Source: Convolutriloba macropyga
Taxonomy: Eukaryota
NCBI RefSeq assembly: GCF_964194025.1
Contig: NC_134469.1
Coordinates: 40,982,001 to 41,046,000 of the forward strand
DNA length: 64,000 nucleotides
Direction of reading: 5' to 3'
Position 1 is the stretch's first letter. Each line of letters opens with the position of its first letter. The position numbers were made by a program, and so were the translations under genes. Positions 12,301 through 23,169 of this stretch are shown piece by piece. The notes below the pieces were generated by a model. That model searched no databases, had not been told where the DNA came from, and worked only from the letters and a program-made list of their open reading frames with translations.

Positions 12301-12746
12301 CCTCAACTGTAACTCGGCCCGTTTCCTAATCAACGCCAGCGTTTCAACTGTAACCCAGGGTTTGTGCACACGCTTTTCGGGGATGAGTAGTTTTGTTGCC
12401 GCTGCATTAAGAGCCGTTCGAAAATTTGCCCAAGATTGTTCTACGCCTTGAACATTATCGCTCTCATCAAGATAGCGTTTCACTTCAGCGCAGAAAGCTT
12501 CACGCGTGACTTCATCGCGCAACTTGGCAGAGCAGACTTTCGGTTGACTGCGTGGCTTCTGTGCCACTAATTTGAATCGCACTTGAGCAATGACCATTTC
12601 GTGATCGGTGAGAGTAATCTTTCCCCTCCTTGTCCTTACGTTGTGCAAACAACTCCTGTTTCTCGAACCGAATAAGATATGATCTAACATCTTCTTTCGC
12701 ATCTGTTGGTCAGGTGGGTTCCAGGTTCCACCAATCAACAGGTCAT
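12301..12746 (-). mobile_element. RTE subfamily A endonuclease fragment, fused in frame to the subfamily B zinc finger
   Basis: Near-identical to 10969-11415; ORF 11665-12738 reads RAELQLR|FTCDKC across the junction. Confidence 0.9.
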
Positions 12747-12776
12747 GAGTAGTAGTAGTAGTAGTATTGTCCTTTT

Positions 12777-12778
12777 AA

Positions 12779-12836
<58 letters not shown>

Positions 12837-13290
12837 GTTTCAACACTTTAATTCCAAATATGAAATAAAGGCACGGTTGGCAACAAATACAAACAAAACA
12901 AGAAGAGTTATTTGTTTGGTTATTCTGTGAAGTGCTGTACGACGAAATTGTTGAAGGCATTCTTTGACCCGGTTGCTGCTTTCTCCTGCAATCTGGTGAA
13001 CGATACTTTGTTTCGTACACAGTCTCCTTCGATTTGACTCATCCACGTTTTCCGTTGCCCCCAGGAGCGCGTCTAGCATGGACGTATTGATCGGGCGGGT
13101 CCCAATCGAAGGCATTGCGGGCTAATCTTCCTGGTTCCATTCTCTGGATGTGTCCGTACCATTTTATCCGTTTGAGCATGATCATCGTGGATAGTTGGGG
13201 CATTCGTGATCTTGACATAATTTCTTCGTTCGTTGCTTTCTCCAGATATGACACACGTAGAATTCTCCGAAGACAGCCACAGTGGAAACT
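12777..13290 (-). mobile_element. Second RTE subfamily B 3' end with a long (TAG)n tail
   Basis: Near-identical to 11442-11915; a longer CTA run at 12779-12836; runs into a gap. Confidence 0.9.
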
Positions 13291-13450
13291 NNNNNNNNNN
13301 NNNNNNNNNNNNNNNNNNNNNNNNNNNNNNNNNNNNNNNNNNNNNNNNNNNNNNNNNNNNNNNNNNNNNNNNNNNNNNNNNNNNNNNNNNNNNNNNNNNN
13401 NNNNNNNNNNNNNNNNNNNNNNNNNNNNNNNNNNNNNNNNNNNNNNNNNN
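13291..13450. other. Assembly gap
   Basis: Run of N. Confidence 1.
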
Positions 13451-15633
13451 CATAAAGAAATAAAGGAACAGTGGCAATATGTACAAACAAGTTAATAGAA
13501 TGCATATAGGTTTGAGCTTATTTGCGTTTATTTAATCCAGGAAATGCTGTTCGACAAAACTGTTGAAGCGGGATTTAGACTCTCTTTTCGCTTTCTGTCT
13601 TAAGGTGATGTAGCTCATGTTGTTCCTTGAGCAATCTTCTTCAAGTTGGTCCAGCCACGTCATGTGTTGACCCCCTGGAGCTCGTTTAGCATAACCATAT
13701 TTTTTTGTCGGCTCCCAGGTGAAGGCTCGAAGCGCTAGACGATCGTCATTCATCCTCAGGACATGGCCAAACCATTTCAACCGTTTAATCATGATCATTG
13801 CAGAAAGTGTCGACATACGTGATCTAGCAAGTACTTCTTCATTTCTCACCTTCTCCATATATGAAAAACATAATATCCTTCGCAGACAGCTGGTGTGAAA
13901 GCACTCAAGTTTCCGTTGCGTTGATTTATTCATGGTCCACGTTTCAGAGCTATATAAGACCACTGATAACACAAGAGCTCTGTATAACTTGCATTTGAGG
14001 GGAATACTAAGTTGTTTGCTCTTCCAAAGCTTCTCAAAGCTCGCAAATCGCTGTCTCCCTTCCGCCATCTTGAAACTGATTTCCTTTAGGTCACCATGTT
14101 TCAAGCTCACGAAAGAACCGAGATATTTGAAAGCTTCTACGTTTTCGAACTCCACTCCATCTCGATCGTGGACCTTGCAGGAGAAAATGCCAGATCGTCC
14201 AGCCTTTTCTCTGCCGCAGTATCGTGACTCGTGAATTCGTCGGCCTTTCACAGTTGCGAATTTCCTACTGCACTTCTGACAGGTGAGGCTATTCTCTAGC
14301 CCAACAAACTTTGACGCGCTGTCTTTGACACTCTTCGAATTCTTAGACTTGCAGAATCTGGCTTCATGCACTTTGCAGCCTCTTGCAGTGTTGAAGCGAC
14401 GTTTACAACCTGAACATACACAACTCACGTCATCAGAGACCGCAGATGATCTGTTACTCGCCGTAGACACTAGGTCAGCAACCACTGACCTTTCGTCGCT
14501 GCTAACTGTCAAAAGCTCAGCCTCCGCTGAACTTTTCAATCTCAGTTTCTCACCAGCTAGTGTCTCGAACCAGCCCGCATTCTTCTTCTTGCCCACCAGC
14601 ACCTCCCTGCCAATGAGTAGTCGGGATTGGTTTTCGGACTCAATGAGAGTCCCATAACGGCCTTTGTGGTTTCCTGTAGGAACTTCCACGTTTTTTTGAG
14701 CAATGGGTACACTGGCTCCGGGTTTTTTGTATTTAACACCCATATTCTTTGTCTTTCCAACGTTGATCATTAGGCCAACAGCCTCGGCTAAAGATTCAAT
14801 TCTGTGTAGGTTTGCTTGAACTTCGGAATCAGAGACGCCCAATAAGGCAACATCATCGGCGAAATCAAGATCAGCAACACAGCGTCCAATGTCAATTCCT
14901 CCTTGAACTGAATTAGCCAACACATAGTTTATCACAAGGCCAAAGAGAATAGGCGACCATACATCGCCCTGGCAAACACCAGTTTTTACGTCGAACATCT
15001 GACCCTTCTCGCCCTCTGCCTTGACGCAGCACTTGAAGCCTTCGTAACTGTTGCGGATGACATTCACAACTTTTTGTGGGAGCCCGTAATGCTTCATTAT
15101 CTTGTACATCATCTCGCGGTCCACCGAATCGAACGCAGCGCGGAAATCAATGAAACAAAAACTGACATCCAATTGGAAGGCCATGCATTTCTCTAGTATT
15201 TGCCTCAACGCAAACAATTGGTCAGTGCAGCCCCTGCTCTTTCGGAATCCGCATTGTTCTTCTCTTAGCACTTGATCAAGTGCATCTCACATCTTCAGGA
15301 TGATTGATGCAAAAACTTTTCCAGGTACTGAGAGCAGTGAATTTCCGCGATAGTTCCCACACTCAGATCTTTTTCCTTTGTTTTTGTATAGCGGGACAAC
15401 TTCTGCTAACTTCCAGTCTTGTGGAAGATTTTCTTCAGTCCAGCTCTTGTTGACAATGTCCCACAGCCTTTCAGCGATTCCATTATGCGACTTTAGCATT
15501 TTGGCAGAAATATCGTCTGGTCCACTTGCTTTACCGTTTTTCAGTTTACGGACGGCATATAGAACTTCCTCCAACCGAATTGGACCTAGGTCTATTTCAA
15601 GACTCTCGGATGCTTCCACTATGCTGAACACAG
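13451..15633 (-). mobile_element. RTE subfamily A second copy (RT ORF 13532-15271), 5'-truncated at ~15633
   Basis: 579-aa translation identical to 8563-10302; same TGA at 15287-15289; one visible difference (GPIRF vs GPIRL). Confidence 0.95.
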
Positions 15634-16167
15634 CTCCCTCAAAACATGATTGTAAGTCTCTTAGTTCTTCGGAAGTACTCAAATGGGTTTTGAATTGTAA
15701 AAAATCTTACCTTGAAAAGTTCGAAAGTATTGGACATCTTGCCGGTTTCTTTTCAGCTAATTCGAACAGACCTTTTCCTTCTAAGGAAATTAGTAAATGC
15801 TTATATTGATTCCAACCTCAATGCAACTTTTGTCTGCTCGATATCAAGAACCTATCAGTTTAGACATTTTGAAATCTCAAAAAACAAGAAATATAAGACA
15901 AATGAGCATTTTTTGAGTCGGTCTCAACGAGCCGCAAATCATCTGATGCGAATGAAGTTTGTAGATTTTGACATGTCTAAACGTCATTTTACGTATGCAA
16001 TTGACCAGTTTTTACGCACTCAAATTGAATAATTTGACCCGGTGTTCTTTTTTTTGTGATATGCTGTTGCTTTTTTGCATGACTTAGTCTTAATTTAATC
16101 ACTTTTTTTATCTGTAAAAGTTGTTTCAGCATTCTTTGTACGCTCCTATGTTCTTCCCTAACAAGGA

Positions 16168-16385
16168 NNNNNNNNNNNNNNNNNNNNNNNNNNNNNNNNN
16201 NNNNNNNNNNNNNNNNNNNNNNNNNNNNNNNNNNNNNNNNNNNNNNNNNNNNNNNNNNNNNNNNNNNNNNNNNNNNNNNNNNNNNNNNNNNNNNNNNNNN
16301 NNNNNNNNNNNNNNNNNNNNNNNNNNNNNNNNNNNNNNNNNNNNNNNNNNNNNNNNNNNNNNNNNNNNNNNNNNNNNNNNNNNNN
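16168..16385. other. Assembly gap
   Basis: Run of N. Confidence 1.
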
Positions 16386-18230
16386 TTTGTGAAATGCCTT
16401 TTTGGCAAGTGGGAATTCACCTCTCACTCCGTGTTTCGTGATTGATTGTTCAATGCCATGAACAGGTAGTTGATAGTCGAACTTATTGTTGATGATGTCA
16501 ATGAACATCGCTAAATTGTGTAACTCTCTGTACTGTGAAAAAGGAAGTAAGTTGAGTGCACGGACACGGTCTTTGTTGTCTTCGTTCGAAGCAAGGATCC
16601 AGCTTGTGGCTTTCTTTCAAATATTTTCATTATCTCAATTTTCTTTTTGCTTGGCATCTAAGCCTGTAAAGCATATGTAAGCATAAGTACTACGTACCCA
16701 GTATACGCGTTTGGTTTCGTCGTCCAGTGAGTTTTCTCAATCAAGATTCTTTTGATTTGAAAAAGGCACTCAACCTCTTTGAGCATATTTTGCTGCAGTT
16801 CTCTGTCCAGTTTCGAAAGTCATTCACTATCAATTTCACGTCTTTCTCAGACCGTGTTATGGGAAGACATTGGTTATTTAGGCTAGCTGTCATTTTGTCT
16901 TTCAGGTTCTTGTTGATGTTTGTCTTGTTGATGTTCAAAGACATTTTAATTTCCTTTAGCCATGTACCTAATGCATCCACTGCACGGTCGAATTTGCTTT
17001 GAGGACTGAAGAGGGCTTTGTTATCATCTGCATAACCGAAACCGTCCGTTTGAGGCATTGTGTCAGGCATGTCATTAATGAACATAGCTTAGTTAGTTCC
17101 TGCAAAGTCGATTTTCGATCGTTGTTTCTTAACAAATTGCGTTCTGTGGAATAGGACACAAAAAGCTTCAGCAGCTTTCCACCGATTCCAAAGAGAGTCA
17201 ATTTTTCAATCAGAATTTTATGTGGCACAGTGTCAAATGCCTTGGCAAAATCAATATAAAGTGCGCTAAGTTGTTCCTGCGAGTCGTTGTAGTGTATTTC
17301 ATACAATCTGTCCAGGCAAGAGTTGAAGGGTAGCTGAGCGTTTCTTTCTAAATCCATTCTGGTTTGCATGTACGCAATCCTTCACATTCTCAGAGATTGC
17401 ATCAAACATTTCCTTCTCGAAGATTTTGGAGCAACAGCAAAGTAGACTTATAAGACAGTAGCATTTACATCTTCCTTATTTCCCTCTTTGAAAATACGGA
17501 TGATTGGGCAGGTTTTCCAGATAGTTGGATATATGCCCTTCTTCAGATATGTTTGGAACAAAGTGGCAATTGATTGCCAAGGAGTGTGACTACAGTTTGT
17601 CAGTATCATATACCCAATTTCAACTGGACCCACTGCTTTGTCCTCTCCCAGAGATTTCAAGTGATTTGAAACAATTTCTGGAGTCAAATTCAGTTGATTT
17701 AGAATTCGGCGCTGAAGTATGATTTCATCCGATTGGAGAAGTTGAGCGTTGAATACGCTGATTGAACATAATGCATTGTTCATCTCCACAGGATAGTTCT
17801 TATCTTCATTTTTACAACAGGTGGTATTGCAGGGCTCTTGCGGATTGTTTTCAAACATTTTTGAATACTGCTAAACAGTCTGCTCTTAAAGACAGTCTTC
17901 TCAAAATTTTCTTGCTTCCTGGACTTGTCTTTTCTTTTTGAGGATCATAGCAATTTTCTTCCTTTTGAGGATCATTGAAAGTGTGCTTGGATTTTTCAAT
18001 ACAACAGTCTTTATCCGTTTCAACAGGTTGGTGGTCGATCTAGAGATCCACGGTTGGAGTGAAGCGCAATGTTGTGGCACAAGTGGTACTAAAGTATCAA
18101 TTTGTTTTCCAATAGCCACTTTTACCAGTATTGAACAAGGTGGTCCATGTTACAGTAGCAGTAGGGACGAAAAGGATTTAGTTAGATCCCTTCCTTGAAC
18201 TTGACCCAGTCTGTTTTTTTAAATGCGTAT
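16386..18230 (-). mobile_element. Decayed CR1/L2-group LINE ORF2 (RT)
   Basis: Frameshifted remnants IFKEGNKEDV, YIDFAKAFDTVPHKILIEKL, FINDMP..YADDNK, KDVKLIV. Confidence 0.9.
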
Positions 18231-18279
18231 TATTTCTTTTTGTCCACCAAACAGAGAGTCCTGTTTCACACACAATAGT

Positions 18280-19950
18280 ACGGTTTCGAACGGGTATCAG
18301 CAAAAATTTTGGTTGTTTTTTTCTCAGTCATGATTGTAGATTTTGGTCAGATTCGTTATAGTAGAGTAACACAGAGAGAATTTTCACTTTTGACAATTGG
18401 GTTTCTTAATATTTGGATTGACAACTCCCATTTTGCGTTTTGTTGGAAAACTTGAAAAAATCCAAAATATCTGAATAGATTACCTATAGAACTAGCAAAC
18501 TCAGCAAAGCGTTTCTTGACAAACACAGCTGGAAGAGGGCGACAACTTTCCTCCTCGTCATATTTGTAATTTTTTAACAGATGTTTTTCTCCCAGACATC
18601 AAAACTATTGCGGGCCCATTGAAAGGTTAGTTACCTGATTTATTGAAGACTGCAAAAACACAGAGCAGAAGTGCTTCTACATGAATTACTTTTTCTAATT
18701 TTGATGACGTCCTCATCTCAATTTTGATGCTAGCATTTTTTTCTTGAATTTTTAAGTATAACTAAACAATATTTTCGCGTCTCTTGTTTGGAAAAATTGT
18801 ATAGTTTATGGTCTTCTTCAAATGACTGCGCAATTTCTTTCTGCCTTTTCTCAAACTTTATTTTTATTTCAAATGAATCGATTTTTGGACAAATTGTTTA
18901 TTCATCTTTTTAGGGTGTTTCATGTTATGGGATGTCGGTCCTGAAACCCATGGTGGAAACTGATTCCTTTTTCTGATTAGATTGAAGTGCTGATATTACC
19001 TTTCACTAGTCATGCAATCAACTGTACTGTAGTATTGAGGAGTGAAATGCCAAGCCATCTTTTTTTGTCTCAGTCGTTTTCAATACTATCTACAGAAACT
19101 TAGTTTTCTAAGTTCATTTCTCTACCCTGAACTTGAAATATGATCAACTCCATCTCTTTTGGACAGCGGTTGGACCATCAAAAACGTGACGACAAGGTCT
19201 GGTCAGTTTTAGCATTGGCAACGACACTTTCATTTAACGTGAAGAAGTGATCAAGGATGTTATTGCCGCAAATTTGTTAAAAGACCAGATGAGCTAAGTC
19301 GTTTAATTTCGTTTTTTCAATCAAATCGGTCTCAGAAACATAGTTCCAAGTTATTAGAGTCCAATTAGTGTTAGGCAAATTAAATTCTACCATAACAAAG
19401 TTGCGATTTGTTTTGAATGATTCCCTTTGATGTTGAATGATTCCTTTTTGATGTCGGGAATTGACCTTGAGGTATTAGTTCGAATGCAAAAAATTTGACT
19501 CTTAAAAATCAAAAACAGTTCTGGTACAACTTAATTTGACTTTTTGTCAACCCCAATAAGTAAAGGATAGCAACAGATAGGATTGAAATTAAAAACTCCT
19601 TTTCAGGAAAAAAAACAATACATCCGGGATTTTCAAAGACTCCGGAAAAAAGATTGATTATCTTTTGGTGTAACAAATGTAATTGAAATTTTGTAAATGT
19701 GATTTTAACTGTAAAAACAACAGAAGTTCGTAGTTATTCTAACCCATTTCCTAAAATTCAATTGATAGAGTCAAAGACAAATTTGTACGCTTTGTTTTTT
19801 CTTTAATTGTTAATGATTTTACATCATTGTTAACCCTGACGATGATCGCATTGTTCGCAAACATTCTTTTTCAAATCAATTTTGATTTTTTAATTGACAA
19901 TTCGATCTTTTGTGCAGCTTTAACCATTGTCAATTCGATCTTTAACGGGT
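18280..19950. repeat. Composite repeat block (LINE fossil + AT-rich segment + Penelope LTR piece)
   Basis: Collinear with ~4150-5270 and ~23170-24330 (shared GAAGAA.TGATCAAGGATGTT, ACTGTACTGTAG, GAGCTAAGT). Confidence 0.75.
19833..19870 (+). ncRNA. Degenerate hammerhead ribozyme motif (5' PLE repeat)
   Basis: CTGACGATGATCGCATTGTTCGCAAACATTC; homologous to 23016-23054 with GAAA mutated. Confidence 0.45.
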
Positions 19951-20007
19951 CCAGAAAAGGCGAGACCAAGCGAAAAATTAATAATTTTCTGAAATGTTAC
20001 AGACAGG

Positions 20008-20640
20008 ATGGTTCATGTTATAGCTGCCAGCTCACTCCATTACGCGTTGAAAAATGTTCGATACAGTGAAAAGAAGGATCGGATCCCCTGACAAAAATAA
20101 CAACAGTACCTGAACTTTCTTTCAACCCCAATACAAGAAGTGGTTGAAAAACGCACAGAATCTTCCGGTCAAGGACCGATATTGATCACAAGGACTGAAA
20201 TAGTGGTGTGGCATGATCTAATTATCAACAGCATCTCAAGCCACAAATCGATTAACCACAGACCAAGTAGTGTACAAGAGCTGACAAACTACTTGGCATG
20301 AATTGGAACAAATTAAAGCGCTGGTTTACTGGCAGCGTACTGGAGTCCCGGATACTTTCAAAGAGTATTTGAGGACTGGGATACTGATTCTGAGGGTGAC
20401 AAAACACCTGATTTCGAAGCGGAAGGCCAAAACACAGCTGGGAGGATACAGTATGCTGCAACAAGGACCGGCACACGAGATCAGGTCACTGGAAATTCTT
20501 CGGCGCCACAAAACACTGGTAGAAAAAGCACAGATCGAGAGTGTAGCTCCTGAGCAAAAGGGGTTCGTTTCCCCCTGTCCTCGGGCGGGCTTCTGTGATG
20601 TGCAAACTTCTACCAGAACCTTGGCTCTGATACATTCTTA
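20008..20640 (+). pseudogene. Divergent SGNH/GDSL-like ORF upstream of the PLE RT
   Basis: MVHVIAASSL..TVPELSFNPN..VVWHDLIINSISSHKS..IKALVYWQRTG..TGILILRV; homologous to 50860-51513 (-). Fold assignment is inferred. Confidence 0.5.
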
Positions 20641-21878
20641 GGTATAACAAGTGCTTAGAATAAATTTTTTGAAAAACTATCAAAAAAATGATATTATTCC
20701 GGATACTTTGAAGTTTCGAATTCCCAAAAACAATGATTTTTCAGAACAAGCGGTGCCCAGTTTTCAACCTAAACTCTTATGGAAAGAAATAAGTTGCTCG
20801 GAGCAAGGCCGCAGATTGTCCTAGGAAAAACTTGAGGAGGATAGGGACTTTCCCAGGAAAGAATTGAAAAAAGAATTCTACCATTATTCGTGTAAAGCAT
20901 TAAAAAAGAAAATGCGATATCATTCCAAATTGATTATTTTGAGACTGAACAACAAGTTGGCAAAGCTGTCTGGGAGACAAAATAAGTTTTTTGCGGAATG
21001 AAGCTTATAATAAAGGTGTTATACTGGACGGTTTTCAATTGCCGAAATTTGTCCTGGAGGTCTTATCAAGACAAATTTATTGAACTGCACTTATTTGCGG
21101 ACGTAGACAAATTAGTTTGTACGTTAAAGGAGAACAAAATTGAAGGTGAAAATTTATGAGAGATGGAATCGTCTCCACAACGGAACGCCCAGAACGTACT
21201 TGAGACAACAGTGGATAGAGGGGTTACAAGAGCTAATGATTTTTTAAAAGATAGGAAACTACTAGCTGTTCAATTTGATAAAGCTTGAGGGTTTTGTGTT
21301 ATAAAAGAGACAAATACTGGGATAAAATAAATGAAATTCTTAGTGCCAGTCCTTTTGAGGCTTGTAATGGAGAAATTGATGATCTCACCATAAAAAATGA
21401 GAAACTGATAAACAGCAGTTTGCATCAGTTAATGAAACAGGGAAAGATAAATGAAAAAAATTATCACATGCTTAGAACAACTGGATTGAGGTTAATAGGC
21501 GCAGATTTTGAGATTAACTCGAAACATGCCAGAGCCGCTTTAGAATTGTAGAAAGATGAGCTAATCGTATCTCCTGATGTTAAGAGCTGATAAACCAATG
21601 AACCTTTTGAGGAGGCAATTGAAATTGCGTTCGAAGAACGGTAATCCTGTGACGAGGTTCCTGAGATTCCGAGGTATGCTATGAAGAGATTTTTGAGACT
21701 AGCCGTAATGAATATTCATTTTAAGTGTAATAAACAGTGGTAAACTCAATAGGACGGTTTTGCAAAGGTGCTTACCCGGCGTAAATTTTTTCAATTTTTT
21801 TGGATGAAAACATTTCAAAAATACTGGCAGACACCAAATGAGGGAAGGCACAACAAAACTCTTGACAAGAAGGGAATA

Positions 21879-22024
21879 TGCATTGATCGTACCCAACGCG
21901 TTACTTTCCGAGTTAAAAAATCGAGTGCGAATGATGCAAATTTTGGTTTAAGGCAAAATGCCAAAATATCAGTAATACGGAGTATAAGAACCTTCAGGAA
22001 ATTCAATGGATCTGTTCCAACTGT
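21879..22024 (+). pseudogene. PHD finger remnant inside the PLE RT
   Basis: With one frameshift: CID(R)..ECE*CKFWF(K)AKCQNISNTEYKNLQEIQWICSNC. Confidence 0.75.
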
Positions 22025-23015
22025 GCAGAAAGAAGTACAACAGAGGTTTTACATGAATAAAAATAATAAAGGAAGTATGTGGATGACATAATGTGCACTG
22101 TCAAAAGGAACCCGCTAGATTACCTTGAGTATGCAAATTCTCTTCGCAAAAACTTACAATTCACTCTTGAGACATCCAACGGTAGTGGAGACCTGGCATT
22201 TCTAGGTATGAACATAAACGTAAACAATGAGAGGAAAATTAGCTATCATTGGTATCAAAATCGCAGATAACGGAATAATCCTAAATTTCCGTAGCTCTTT
22301 ACCTTTACAACATAAGATAATGTGATTCAAGAAACTGTACATAGAATTTTCAATGCGACCACTGACTGGCAATCCTTTAATGTAGCGTACTAGAAAAATC
22401 AAGAGATTTGGACTGAAAGTCGTTATTCAACTGAGTGGTCCTTCAATATTGTTAATGAGACGTTAGATAAAATAATCACGAAGGGAAATGTTACAGTAAA
22501 AGTTCCTAAAAATGAACAACATCTCAAAACAATTAAAAGTCTCAACAAAAATAACAAAAATGAGCTTAAAACGAATTCTTTAAACCTCAAATAGAGGACA
22601 CATCTCTCAAAATTTTTCAAGTAGACTGAAAAAAATGCGTTATATTCCAATCATTCTCATATCGAGAAGACCAGCTACTTGCTTACCCAACCTGAAGTCA
22701 CCTTTTGACAAGAAATCTTAAATCCCATGTTAATTTGAAATTTTGTCAAACCCAACAAGAACAGAATAACAACAGGTAGGAATGAAAGTGAAAACTCCTT
22801 TTGAGTAAAGAATAATAAAGCATCCGGGATTTTCCGAAACTCCGAAATAAAGATTGAAATATTTTTTGGCGTAATGAACGTCAATAAAATGTGGTATTTG
22901 TGATTTCAACAATAAAAAAATTTAAAAAGTTGTTATTCGAACTCATTTCTTAGAAGTCGATAGATAGAGTCGAAGACAAAATTAAATAATTTATAAATGA
23001 TTTTATTTCATTGTT

Positions 23016-23054
23016 AAAGCTGACGATGAACGCAATGTTCGAAAACGTTCGTTT
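23016..23054 (+). ncRNA. Minimal type I hammerhead ribozyme motif
   Basis: CTGACGA-T-GAAC gcaat GTTC-GAAA-ACGT-TC: intact core, stem II, palindromic ACGT loop III; matches the minimal HHRs known from Penelope LTRs. Confidence 0.75.
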
Positions 23055-23169
23055 TTCTTAACTCAATTTAATATTTAATTGACATTTCCTTCTTCTCTGC
23101 AGATTTAACCATTGTCAATTCGATCTTTAACTGGCCCAATAATCGCAATTCGATCCCAATCTCAATTTC

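Larger units (their letters stand above)
19790..23135 (+). mobile_element. Decayed Penelope-like retroelement with terminal direct repeats
   Basis: PLE-type remnants IIPDTLKFRIP (N-terminal), VSPDVKS..TNEPFEEAI, DG.A.GA, YVDDIMC, LQFTLE..DLAFLG, LKSPFDKNLKSHV (start of a GIY-YIG region, which is then lost); repeats with hammerhead cores at both ends. Confidence 0.85.

Noticed and set aside
8963-12451. Plus-strand ORFs overlapping the RTE elements
   Set aside because: Antisense shadows of the minus-strand RT frame, with no motifs
12706-12930. Poly-Leu membrane peptide ORF
   Set aside because: Translation of the (CTA)n retrotransposon tail on the opposite strand
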